From positions 992,001 to 1,056,000 of the forward strand of contig LSRY02000022.1 of the NCBI GenBank assembly GCA_001643675.2: a DNA stretch of 64,000 bases. The letters run 5' to 3'. The translations under genes were made by a program, and so were the position numbers. Of the stretch, positions 37,802 to 51,300 are shown in pieces. Within the stretch, counting starts at the first letter, position 1, and every line of letters begins with the position of its first letter. This DNA is from Monocercomonoides exilis PA203 (lineage: Eukaryota > Protista > Preaxostyla). A model generated the notes under the pieces. That model searched no databases and was not told the DNA's origin. It saw only the letters and a program-made list of their open reading frames with translations.

Positions 37802-39873
37802 TTTGATATTCACAATGAAAGTTCATTTGATTGGATTGAAGAGTAAATGAAAAATTAAACCTCACGAAAGATGAAAGAAATATATGCATTCAAACCATTC
37901 TATCTTTTGATAACTTTTTCGACTTGTTATTTCAAAGAAATGAAACTGTTAATAAATTGAAATCTTTTGTAATGGATTCCATGATCGAATAATTTTCTTT
38001 GAATCTGAATATGATTTGCAAGATGAAAAATAGGAAGAAAAACATTTTCTGTTTAACTGAAAAATAATTTTCTTTGATTGCAGTTGGAAATAGTGGTTTT
38101 GCATTGATTTTGATATTCCATTTGATGGTTGTTTGTGATTTAATGGTCAAGGGAAGACAACAATTAAACTTTTGAATGAAATTTTCCGTTTGTATTAACT
38201 TTTTATTTTTCTGTACGTTGCGAAGATATTTCCATCTGAAACCTCTCCAAAGTCGTGATTCAGACGATTTATATAAAATGGATGATTTATTCTTTGCAGA
38301 GCAGAACAGCGAGGAAGCGAGACAAAAGTTATCTTACAAATATATAAGAGCCTGAATGTATTTTATCATAAATATTTATGTCATTCATTTTGGACTCAAC
38401 ATGCGCGATGGATAGAAATACGATTAAAAATGAATTTTAATGAAGCAGAAATGAACGGGGTTGGAAGACATTCAAAGCTAAAAGGAAGAATGTCCAATCT
38501 CTATGAAAAGGGAACCTTTTTGAAGAAGAAGAGGACATTTTCATTTTTAAGTTTGTTGGAGAGATTGGGGCAGATGAGTGAAACAGGACATTGGAGGCAG
38601 CTAGAACAGAACAAGGCGCCTTTCTTGGGATGAGAAGGGGAAGACATTGCTTTTATGGACCGGGGGGAGCGATGGAACTGGATTTGATTACTTGGGTTGA
38701 GAGGCGAAAATACGAGGAAAACAGACAGTTTTGCATTATACAGGCAGCTGGAGGCAAATGATAGGCAAAATGGATTTGAGTCATTTTGCTGTCGCCTTTT
38801 GCATTGTGTTATCGAAGGGTTATCCATTGAATCAGAGAACGAGGTAGTGATGCTGAGAATATCTTCTGACAGAAGATATATAGTATTCAAACTTGAAAAT
38901 AACATCTCATTCACCATCTTTGTCATCTTCATCTCTATCATTGCCATCATCGCTGTCATCATCATCCTCATCTTCATTAAAAATTTTATTGAAGCATTTT
39001 TATTATTTGTGTATTATTCGAGTGGAATCAGTGCCGAGGATTGGAAATAAAGCAAGTTTTTGGAAGCAGAACAGAATCAATTTCATTGATGTTGAGATTG
39101 GCAGCGGAGACAGATCAGCTGGATGTTGTTGGCAGAAAAGAACAATAATTTGAGAGGCACTCGAAGAAGAAGAAGAAAGCGTGTGAAGATTGGCAATAAA
39201 TATATTTTTAGAGTTTGTTTTGTATTATTTTTTTTCTCTATTTTTTCAAACATTTATTTATTTATTTATTTATTTATTTATTTTTTGAGGGATAAAGATT
39301 TATGGAAGGACATTTTCAGGCAATGAATGAACATGGGGAAAAGAGCACATTTGATGCTTTTGAGAAAGCAGGCAACACAATTTTTTTGAGAATATCGAAG
39401 AATGAGCTGGAGGAAATCAATGAAATGAATGGAAGAGAAGACATTTGAAGATTTGTGCAGCGATTTGAAGAAGGACGCAAAGCGATAGAAAAGAATAATT
39501 GGTAAATGGAGGAAATGGCTGAAAAAGAAATCTGGCAGGAAGTAAAGAAGAAGAAGGAATAGGTGAATCAGAAAATTGAGAAAAGAAAAAGGTACTGATT
39601 TGTCATATTTTTAATATCAATTTTATGTATTTTTTATATTTTTCTTTATTTTCTTGAATGATGACAGTGACTTTTGCATGAATATTCAAAAGGGATGAAT
39701 GCGAATGGAATATGGAAAGAAGGAAGAAAACGGAAACAGAAGGAAAAAAAAGAGATTAAGGCGAAAACATTCCTATCAGAAGAGGTGAGCGAAGACAAAA
39801 AAAAGATACCGAAACATATTGGGATATTTTGCAAAATTTTTCTGAATGAGGGGGAAGAGAAGGGAGTATTTCA

Positions 39874-41680
39874 GTGAGCAAATCTCACTTCTCTTCTTTT
39901 TGTGTCTCATCAGCCCCATTCCTATCATCCCCTTCCATACCTCTTGTATACCTCTCCAAATTATCGTTTTTCAACATCTCAACAGCAAATGATGCATGTT
40001 TGCCTACAACCACAATGTCAACCCAAACCACATGTCTGATGAGCAGTTGCTCATTTTCATCAGTTTGTGATGTGTATGATGGCGGAATTGTTCATTCCCT
40101 TAATAATCCCTATGCCTCCTTGACAGCCTCAAATACTTCATTCATCGGATGTTGTCGGACAAGAAACGTTGTATGTGAAGGAACTAAAACTAATAAGCTG
40201 GCTCCAGGGAGGCAGAACATAACGGAAAATGGAGCAAACTCATTCACTTGGTGCAAATGGAGTGGTTCAAGGACAACTGGAAAAAGTGATTCTGTTTCAG
40301 ACTGGATATCGAGCGGAGGGGCAATCTTCATGTACAGCCAGTCGTCGGCATCGGTGTCTGTTTCTCATTGTGTGTTCAATGGATGTGTTGCATACAGCCG
40401 GGGCGGGGGAATAATGTGCGTAAGCATGAAAGAAGTTAAAATAGAGAACAATATATTCAATACATGCACAGCTAAAAATTTCTATGGAGGAGGGTTGTTT
40501 GTATATTCGATTTCAACATGTGTTCGGATCAGCAGATGTGAATTTCGAAACTGTTCTGCTTATGGCTGGGGAGGAGGACTTTATCTCGAAAATTTTAATG
40601 TTTCAGGATCAAGATGCATTCCAACAGAAAATGAAGGAGGGAAGAGTGCGTGCGTGTTTGACTGCAGTTACACTTCATGCTCTCTTACAGGTTCAAGTGG
40701 TGGAGGTATGTATTGCAACAATGTTCCAGTTGCATTCAAAGTGAGGAGCATTCAGTTTATTTCATGTTCAGCGGCATCACATGGAGGAGATTTGAGATTG
40801 CATCCAAACAGACCAACAGCACCTGATGATGGAATCTATTGTTATTTCCTTTTCTTTCATGAATGCAAATGCTCTGCAAATACTCCACGCGGACATGATA
40901 TTGCATATGCAGATTATTACATTGTTTTTTTGAGCACAGGAGATCCGTTCTATGAATGTTACACAACAAACACAGATGACAAGAGAGTATGTTATGGATA
41001 TAATTATGCAAATTCAAGTGCTTGGACATATCGGCACACGGAAAAGAAAGATTGGCTGAAGGACAAGATGATATATGTTTCTGTGAGTGAGAATGACTTG
41101 TATGAGCTATGTGGGTCAAATGAATCAAATCCGTGTCTGACAGTAAAGAAAGCGTTTGAGATGTGTGAGGTGCAGATTAGCTTGTCAGTCACGCTGATGG
41201 AAGGGAATCACAAAAGTGGGGCAACAACAATTGAGATTGGGACAAAGAAAATTTCGGTCATTGGGAGAGGCAAAGAGAAGAGTTCGATTGGAGCAGGAGC
41301 CCTTTTATCAGCTGGAGCGCTGTTCAGTGTGTCAACAGGTCATCTTGGAATGAGTCACTTGAAGGTTGACTGCAACTCAAATGCAAGTCCTTCGCCGAGT
41401 GTGGTTGTGGTATCTGATGGGTGTGGGGTCATTCTCATTGGATGATGTTGTGATCACCACGAATGTTTCTTCAGGAAACAATGTGATGTCTTCGTCAGTG
41501 TTTGTGGTGCCGCTGTCACAGCTGTCGATGGTTGATGTAGAGATTAAAGATATGAATGTGTCAGAACCATTGTTCTCTGATCCGGATCTATCTTCTTCTT
41601 TTTCTTCATCTTTATTACCATCATTGTCGCCATTTTCGTTGACTTCGTCTTCTTCATCTTCTTCCATATATATTTCAAAA
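39874..41680 (+). pseudogene. Cys/Gly-rich beta-helix-like (GGAI/FxxC, Pmp-type repeat) surface protein, frameshifted and truncated
   Basis: Repeated SGGAIF, FNGC..GGGI, FNTC..GGGL, FRNC..GGGL and FISC..HGG motifs, plus 'YVSVS...CGSNESNPCLTVKKA'. Frameshift near 41420, then decay into low complexity. Confidence 0.75.
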
Positions 41681-43199
41681 AAATTTCATCAGCATCTTCC
41701 TTCGTCGTCTTCCTCCTCACCTTCTTCCTCCTCTTCCTTCTTCTCTCCTCTCCCTCACCGAAAAAGAGAACTCTCTCTGTGTCACTCCCTTGAGCTTCGG
41801 GCTCTCCTTCACACCAGACGGCAGCTGCAGAGTGTCTGGTGTTGGGATGCCTTCAGCTGTGCAACTTGGGCTGACTATCCCTTCTCCCTCAAAAGTGCGC
41901 TGGCCTGCTCTTTCTCGGATAGTCTCCTTCATCTGCAAGTAACACGGCTCTTGGTACATCTCCTTCCGCCGCTCCTGATTCCCTCAGTAAATCTTCTTCA
42001 TTCATTTCCCCCTTAATAGTTTATGGAGCCTTCTGTGGCACTTGTCTCTCTCTCAGACCTGAACTGGTTACGCCCTTCGCATAGGAATCGCTCCACTTTA
42101 TCCGATTCCACGTTCCTTCATGTTTCCTTGTTTCTTCTTCGCGGACGACGACACGACTCTCCGCAACGAAATCCTTCCACTCATTTTCAACTGGAACTAA
42201 GAACCCACAGCCAAACAACCTGCACATAGGTCACCTTTCTCTCATCGCCTCTGGCAGAATCCCTCCGTTTTCCTTCAGCTTCCGGTCGGATCCTTCTTCT
42301 GCTAACTGTCACATCCCGCAGCTATCTGCCATCTCCTCCCTATCTTCCTTCGGTGCTCCTCTTTATCCCCTGCACTATTCATTCATCCCACCTTCCATGT
42401 GCCTCACACAACACCTCTTCACACGATGATTCATTGGCTGCCATGACTTCTTCACTCAGCGACTATCTACCAGACATCGACTCACTACACTCATTCCATT
42501 CCTCTAACATCTCAACAGCTTCTATCATTGCTTCTCTTACACACTCTGTCGCCTCCATCGTCTCCTCTGGATGTGCAGTTGAATCATATCCTTCGGTACT
42601 TTTCTCTTTCTCTTCTTCTCACTCAATCTCAACCAAGTTCTTCTTCTTATTATTATTATTCCTCTTCTTCTTCAACTTCATTCTTCCTCATTCATTCGCA
42701 CATTCACACAGCATTTATCTTCATTTCGACAATTATGATCCTCCTTTTTATCTTCAACGCCTTCTTCGATGAATATCAAAAATGATACTGTTTTTTTCAT
42801 TTCGTTCAACTTCCCATTGAATTCATCAAGAAGCATTAAAACCTGCTGAAATAGGAAACGCAAAAGAAATATTCTTTCTTTCACAGAATTTCAGCCGGAC
42901 CTAACACGGCAATGAAATGGGTAATTTTGATCCAGAATAGCCGATCAGTAGGCTTTTTATTATAAATGGAGATCAACTCTGACTTTTTTCATTTAAAGTC
43001 CGAAGCATGCACAAATAAAAACGAAAGAGTATTAGAGAAATTCTATAATGAAATGGAAAAGCTCAAAAATAGCGTTTGGCAGGTTACACAACATCACGCG
43101 TATTCAACAAGCTATCAAAGACGAAACATTGAGGGAAACTTATTCATTTGAAAAGGCATATTAAATGGAAAATTCTATGAAACAAGAGAATTAATGTCC

Positions 43200-44340
43200 T
43201 TCAAGCAATGTTGATTTCATCAAATGCACATATGAGATGCTTTCTTCTATTTTGTTTGCCATCTCCCCAACTTTCTTCAACTTTTCCTTCATTTGCACAT
43301 AAGTCCACAATTTGTCTGCTCATTCAATAACATTGCCAACGTTCTTCACCTTCTTCAGAAAACCCATCGCATTGTGCGCACTCTTGAAGGGAGTCTTTTC
43401 CAACTCGCAATACATTGCTTTGATGCAAAGATGACCATTCACATATTCATTGTTAGCTGCATACCCGTTGATAAAGATTTATTAATCGAAGTTCCAATTG
43501 CTTCTGTTCTGTCATGTCCAACAATCGAGTTGTCTTTCTGAGTGATGCTTGTCATGAAAGTGAACAAGGGTTCCTTCACAGAGCGACAAATGATTCACAC
43601 ACAAAATACACATCTCTTCCGACACTCGCCTTGTTGGCTGAAAACACGATATTGGTGATGGGAAAGGAGGATTCTGACACTTGTGAATTATCCTTGTACT
43701 TGATCATGAGAGCCACGCCTTTTCCTCCAGAACTTGTATCTTCGCTCACAGAGCAGGTGGAGAAGGTGGAATCACTCACTGAAAAGGAGTTGGCAGGGGC
43801 AGATGAGGCGAATGAGATGCACCCGCCATTGGTGGCAGTCTGTTGGCTCAACTGTTCTGAGTTGATGTTGGTGATGGTGCAGTTGGCGAGGGAGAGGGAG
43901 AGGGCAGGGGAGGTGGCAGAGGAGGGGACACAGCTGGTGGGGGTGGCTGTGGAGGTGATATCGGTGATGTTGGAGGAGTTAAATGTGAGGGGAGCTGCGA
44001 GGGATGCGAGGTGGAAGATGCTTGAGTTGCGAAGGGGGAGCCTGAGAAAGATGGATTCAATCATGAAGAAAAAGAATGAACAACAAAAGAGGTGATAACC
44101 TGTCAAATTCTTTTGGTATCTGATGAGGAGAAAAATAGTGTTGTGAGAAGGATGATAAAGAAAGTGTTGGAATTTGAAGTTGAAAGCTTGGAAACATTAT
44201 TGAAAGGAGAATTTGGTTGATACAAAATTGAAGAGGAAAAAAGAAAAATTGAGAATGAATGAGGAAGGGAAAGAAAAAGAGTTAAAAAAAAATATTTAGA
44301 ATTTCTTTTGAAAAATAGAGAAAGAGAGGGAATTCATCAG
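43200..44340 (-). pseudogene. Remnant of a related beta-helix-like surface protein
   Basis: 'LANCTITNI...TNGGCISF...FSTCSVS..SGGKG..LMI...FSANKASVGRDVYFVC'. Interrupted by stops. Confidence 0.65.
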
Positions 44341-46986
44341 ATGAAAAGAATTGTTTTGAATTTCATCACTTAAAGTTATGCATTTAAGAGTCTGTAAAAA
44401 AGATGGATTAAAAGATCCGGATGAACGCATTATTGAAAGTGCTGTTTGAATTGAAGGAATTTAAGAAAGTTAGTCGTTTTTCTTTTCCATTGAAAATCTT
44501 TTATTTTATTTATTTTTTCAGATTATTTTTCTTTATTTCTCTCTCTCCCTTTTATTTTTTCTTTGCAAAACAATAAATGTTACAAAAGATGTTTCACAAC
44601 TGGTTTTTGTCTTTCATTTGTTTGTTTTTTCAACTTTTTCTATTTCCTCAAAACCTTTGATTTTTCAATATTTCTCACCATTGATATTTTCATTTATTGG
44701 AATTTGTTGAATATTTTTGGATTGAAAACACAATTATGAAGAGTTCGAAGCGGCTTGACCTTTGTTTGATATTCCATATTATTGATTTTGGTCTAATACT
44801 ACTGAAAACCACATATGAAATTTCATTCATCTCAGACTGATGTTTTTTTGAAAGGACATGATAAAGACCAGTTGGGTATAAGTGATGAATGTGTAATCAA
44901 ATGTCGTTTTATTCATTAATCTTGAAAATCAAAATAAAATTATTTCAGGAACTTTCCTCTTCTTACTGGAATTTTCCTGTTCAGCAAAACAATAATGCAA
45001 TTCTTAGGTTATCATTTCTTTCATTTATTCCAGTGAAAGTTTAGCAGACATTCATGTCCAACTTTGATAGCTGAGCATTTGTTTCTCCTTCATAAAACTT
45101 TTTTCCAAGTTGTTAATTTGGTCCAGTTGAATGAATCACTGCGTTTCTCTGTTATTCATTTGTTCAGGCTCTTTCTTTTATTTGAAGAAGAAATACAAAT
45201 TATTCACCATTTTGATTAGAAAAAATCTTTTTTCGAACGAAAGTCCAACCTTCAATCCTTTGAGCTTATTTCATGCCAAATGAAATATTATGAAAGATCA
45301 TAATCTTCTATTGAAATGTGAAATTTATTCTTAAAATGAACTCCTAAAAGATAATGAATTGGAAAGATGATTTTGATTAATGCAGAAAAGTGATAAAAAC
45401 TCCCTCCTCAACGGGATAATAAATTAGTTTATCATCCACCAATTAGAATAAAACGATATTTCGAAAAATATTTAAGTTCATTCAGCTGAATCTAAATATC
45501 CCATATGTGGTTTTTTTGTCCATAAATTAAAAACAGTTTGAATAATTCACCTTCAACCAATCCAATGATCATTGAGATTCATTCATTTCGTCTTTCAATT
45601 TTTAATTTTGAAAACATTTTTATTGTTCCTGGAAATCGAAAAAAACACATTCAGCTTCATCTTTTCTTTTCCGCTTGTCTTGCACTTCTCCACTTTTCTG
45701 CACAGTGTCAAGGTCAATCCTGATCTTTTGATAGCAATATTGAAAAAAAAAGTTTGAAAGATGAATTTTTCCCTTCCTTCGATCTTCTTCATCAATCAAA
45801 TTGTGTGAAAATTAAGACAGTGTATCTTTCTGTATCATGAACATTCTTTATTTATTGTGATCAATCATACTCAAAATAACTGATTTGGCAATGAAAATGT
45901 GTTTGTGTGCTAAATTAACTTCATTTATCTTCAAAAAAAGATTCTTCTTTCGTTTTGACAGTTTTGTTGATTGTTAACACCAAAAAAGTCTCCAAATAAA
46001 TTCTTCTTTTTTTTGAAAAATTCATACCTCCTTTGTTTCATTTACAGTCTGAATCCTTTTTGTTCATTTTTCTTTGAGATCTTTGATCAAAAAAAGTGAT
46101 ATTTGTAAGTATTCAAGTTTGTTAAGTTTCGAACTTTAAAAAAGAAGTAATAATTAATTCATTTTTTATTGAAACAACGTTCACATTTGCAATAATTCCG
46201 ATTGATTTTTATTATTTTCATTTTGATATTAATTGAAAAAAGTCCATTTGTTGTGAAAATAGTTGCAATAGCTCGACTTTGAATAAATGAATATACTTAT
46301 ATTTTTTGGTTTTTTCTTGAGAGATTATTTGAAAATTTTCTTGACTGATAGGTGGTTTGATTTGATGATAATGCAAGTTCAACATGGTGAAATTTTTTTG
46401 AATTCATCTGTGATTGTGTCCAAATGTTATGAATTGAACTTTGATGAATCCATACAAAATATGCATGAATTGAAGGTGAAGACAATATAATAACCACATT
46501 GTTAAAATGAACTCTGAAGTCTAATGATATAGAGCTTTCGATTAAACAGAGTCCAGACAATCCATCATTCATTTCCAGACTGATAATATGCTCAACATCT
46601 TGAGTGGAGTTCTGTTTCTTTAATAAAATAGATTTTAAATAAGAATTAATTTTCTGGGAAAAGTTACGAAAAAATGCAATTGTTCGAGTTGAGTTTTTGT
46701 GAATAAACAGCCATTTTCCATCTCCTTTTTCATTTTCATTAACATGAAACAAGTCTTTAGCTTTATAAAGAAATGTGGGTTTTTGGATGAATTACATAAT
46801 AGAATTGGAAAACAGTTCAAAAAGAAAACAAAAAAGAGAACCCATTTACAAAAATAAGTTAAAGATGACTATAAATGGAAATACAAAATCAAAAATACGA
46901 TTATTGTCAAACATAACGAATAATTGAATCGTGTGTTTTTTTTTTTTGCTTCCAATACTGCTCATATTCTGTTCCTGTTGCTTTTC

Positions 46987-47733
46987 CTAACCACTTTTTG
47001 ATTTCCTTTTCCTGACAATAATGATCACAACAACAACCACAACCGCAACAACAACAACCACCACTATTGGCACAACAATTGCAACAATTGTCCCTGTTTT
47101 TTTCTTTTGGGCTTCTTCTTTTTGTTTTTCTTGCCTCACTTTAAAATACTTTTCGTACACATCCACTGGATCTGAATCTTCGTCTTTTGCTGCCATAATC
47201 CATCCAGCAGCTGATTCGTCGTATTCGTTTGCAAACTCAAAGGAGTCTTCCTGTTCACAAAATTCTTCAATATCTGGCGCCATAATGAAAATTGATCTTG
47301 AAGTTGAATTAACTGTATTTGTGCTATCGATATCCAAATTGTTTGCAGCTGGTAGTTGAAGATGAGAAATTACCTTTTCCATTTTAATAAAAATTGCGCC
47401 AGCACTTGTCCCTCCACGTGATGCCATGCAAGATTTAAATGAGCATTTGTTTGTCCTTCCAATTGCAACTGTTGATTCTTCTGAACTGAGTGTGATATCC
47501 AACCCAGCAACATGCGAATTCTCTGCTTTCACTTCTTTCATGTGTAATCCTTCAATTGAAAATTTACCAATTGCATCTGCACTATCACTAACACTTATAG
47601 CAGATCCGTAAAGAACGTTGACTTTGTTGATCTCCACTTCATTCAATGTCACTTCCTCTGCTCCATCAAAAATAAATAAAGCATTCGAAAATGTCACGAA
47701 TGATGTTTCATCTGTGCATTTCACTGAATTCAT
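46987..47733 (-). pseudogene. 5'-truncated type-I membrane surface protein (C-terminal 248 aa with TM helix and basic tail)
   Basis: 'SFKSCMASRGGTSAGAIFI', TM 'IVAIVVPIVVVVVVAVVVVVVIIIV' followed by RKRKSK. The ORF begins about 3 bp from a pogo TIR and has no signal peptide. Confidence 0.75.
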
Positions 47734-48364
47734 TTATAGTATGGTGGAAAACCCGAACATTTGCAGAAACCCGCACATATCATCTTGAATAATAAAAAAG
47801 TTGTTGAAAATTAATAAAATGAAGTTTATTTTTGTTAAAACTCTATGTCGTTTTCAAAATTTCATTTTTATTCTTGAAAATTAACTATTTTGGTACAATT
47901 TTCAGTTGATAAAAAATTTTGACACTTCTCATTTTTATTTTGATGTTATCTTTCAATGATTTCATTCTTTTTTTGTTTGCAACAAATATCACTCAACTTT
48001 TAAAGTATTTTTGTCTTTGACATCTTTTTATAATGCGAAGTGAAAAAAACAGAAAAATTGAAATCTTTTCTAAAATAATAAAATGCCGAAGAATTAACCG
48101 AAAATATAAATCCATTTTGACAGTGAAACATTGAAAATTACTTCTATAACAAAAAAAAAATAGGAAAATAATAACATTTATCTTATTTTCTTATTAAACT
48201 GAAAAAAATATGAAAAAAGTCAATAGATGAAATAGATGAAATTCAAAAGAATACCATTATTGCATTATAACTTCAAATGGAAACGAATTTGCAGATTTAT
48301 CATTATGACGATCATCACATTGTTTTCAATCAAAACAATGGGTTCAAAACCCATTATATAATTT

Positions 48365-51300
48365 GGGTCATTATTTTTCATATCGTAACTTTGTTCGAAG
48401 AAAGATCTTTTTTTTCATAATTGTGGTATAATGAGAAAAAAGTCAAAAATACATGTTTATAAATAAATAGAAAAAGAATCTTGATTGAATTTTTGAAAAC
48501 CAAGTTAATTTGAGAAAAATTTGAAAATTCCATTATTTCATTTAATTTTTGAGTAATTTCTTTTATTTGAATTATTTGATATCACAGAACCCAAAAAGTT
48601 TAATTATTGTTTGTAGATAATTTAAATTTGAGTATGATTTAATAGCATAACTTTTTTTAGATGATTCGTATGAGCTATCATCAGAAAATGAATGATTGTT
48701 TGATTTATTCCATTTTTGTGTAAAAATGCAAAACCAATAATTTGATTATATTATTTTTATTTAGACGTTCAAATATAACGATCGATGTATTTCTGTTCAG
48801 AGAGATTTCAGATATTAAAGCGAAGAAATGAAACAGCAAATGTTATTCGATGTTAAATGGAGCCAACAAATTATGTGAAGGATTTTCGATATTTCTTGAG
48901 ACGAAAATGGACGAAAATGAAAAGTTTTGAAAGACAATAACAATAAGAGGTGTTAGTTTTTTTCTTTTTCTATTATAGAAAAGGATTTATCTTCTTTTTT
49001 TAGTTTTATTATTTAGATATTAGGATAATTTTTCAGATGTTTTCAGCCAATTGGCACCATGAAATGAAGAAAAAGGAAAAAGATGAACATTTTTAAATGA
49101 GGGAATTAAGGAACACGACTGTTGAGTTTGCATGGATTGAGCTGTTTGAAGATGTTATTTGGAGGAGTGCGTGTTATTTGAGGGGGAGTGTGGTTGTGGT
49201 GAGGGGATGTGGTGTGGAAATTGGGAGAGGCAAGGAGGCAGGGGTGTTTGAGCTGGGTGGGTACAGAGGGATTGGAAGGGGAGGAAATGTGTGTGGGAGA
49301 CTGTTTGGAGGAAATGGGAGGATGGGGCAGACGGGGAGTGAGAGAGAATGTGGAGGAGGAAGAGGAGGAGGAAATCGAAGAAGAGAAAATGGAGAAAGCC
49401 AAAAAGTGAGTTTTTTGTGGCTGTTGAAGGAATAGTTGATAGATTGAGGGCTTTGAAGAAGGATAGCCAGATGAATTCAACACAAGACAGCGTTTATGAG
49501 AATGAAACAGAATGAAAAGAGAAGAAGAAGAAGAGACTGGAGAAGCAGGATGAGAAGAAGAGGAACGAGTTACTGAAGAAGAAAGGAAGAGATGGAAATG
49601 CAAAGCCCACATCGATCAGGTTGATTGGGCAGAAGGCGATCGACGAGGCGATGAAGAAGTTCAAAGAGCAGCAGGAGATAAAAAGAAGGGAGAAAGAAGA
49701 GGAAGAGCTGCACAAAATATCTGTGGCAAAGAAGATGTTGGCGGGAAGCCATTGGAGATCTCATCTTTCATGGCATCGGATTTGAGCATCACACCAGAAG
49801 AGGTGGAAAGAAGGAGAAAGGAGAAAGGAGATGTTGAAGGAGAAAGGGAAAGCTATGAAATGAGAAGGGAACGCAAGGGAAAGTGGAGTAAGCTGCAAAG
49901 TCAAAGAAGAAACAGGGCAGAAAGCCTCATCATATGACAGTTGCAGCGAAGGAAGCCAGCAAACGTCTGAAAAGCTGCAAAAAGACGAAGACAAGCAAAA
50001 AGAGAAGAGAGTTCAGAGGGAGAGAGCGATTCGCAGGAGGAAAGTGAGCAGGATGAGCTGAATATTTTCATTCAGCAGCAGACGATGCTGGAGACTGATG
50101 AAGCAAACAGCAACGAGATTGAGCAGTAGATCCCGTCAACGAAACAAACACAGCAGGATAGCCACGAAGCCAACAGACAGACTCCGAAAGAGGCGAAAAT
50201 GAGGAGATGGCAGCAAATGACAAAGAGAAGAGCGAAGTAAGTGCTGAAGAGGGAGTGGGGCAGCTGAGCCGGAGCTAGAACCAGAGCCAGCAAGGCAACA
50301 TGTCTCAGAATCGTGCATCACAGGGGCAAGCAGCAGCAGGGTAGAAGGCAAACCCGTCGATGTCTGTGATGAACCTTCTCACGTCAGACGAGGAGCTTCT
50401 GCCGTTCTTCACACGCACGTTCAAGATGGAAGAAAAGTCGTATTCAAGAATCAGGAAGGAGAAAGAGGAGAAAAGGAAGGAGTTGGAGCAGAAATGGAGC
50501 AAGAAGGCATGCAAAGAAGAGAAAGAGAAGGAGCTCAAAGGAGCTGCAGAAGCACCAGAGGCCAAGAATTCAGCATTCATCTTAAAGCGCATCAAGCGCA
50601 TGAGGGAAGTGTATCTGATGCTGCACCAGGGGCTGATGAAGCAGAAGCATCCAGCTTCAACTGCTTTGTCACAGGCAGCTCTTTTCAATTCTTTGTCATC
50701 TTCTCTCGATGGGATATCTGGTTCGATAAGCTCAGAAGGAGAGAAGAGGTCACTGAGGGACACGAGGAAATTTCGGAGCTTTGGAAAAGGAGGCAGTCGA
50801 GGAGCTGAGCAGGATGGATGAAAGATGAGGAGAAGATGAAAGAAAGTCCGGTAATAATTGATCTTTCAATTGAAGTTGCGAAGGATGTGTTTGAGAAGAT
50901 CACTCTCAGAGAAGGGGTCCAGGCGTGGTGCATTGCGAGAGAGCAGACAGTGAAGCATTCACTGAAGCTGGAAAAGAGAAAAGTGCTTCAAGGCAACCTG
51001 TAGAAGTTCATAACGAAATAAGGGGAGGACAAAAGGGAGAAGCAAAGAGAAGAAGAGGAATGGGAGTGGCAAAAGAAATTGGAGCAGGACATAATTATTG
51101 AGCTGCAGAATCAAGAAGAGGAAAGAAAGAGAAAGAGGAGGAAGCGAGAATGATGGAGTGAGAATAAAAGGAAAGAAAAATGAAAGTGAGTGGAATAATA
51201 AGCTCTGTTAAAAAATACAAAAGCTGCAAAAGCACACGTTTGATATAAGATTAACCGTCGAATCTCATTTGATATTAGTTTTTTTATGGCTTTTTTGTTT

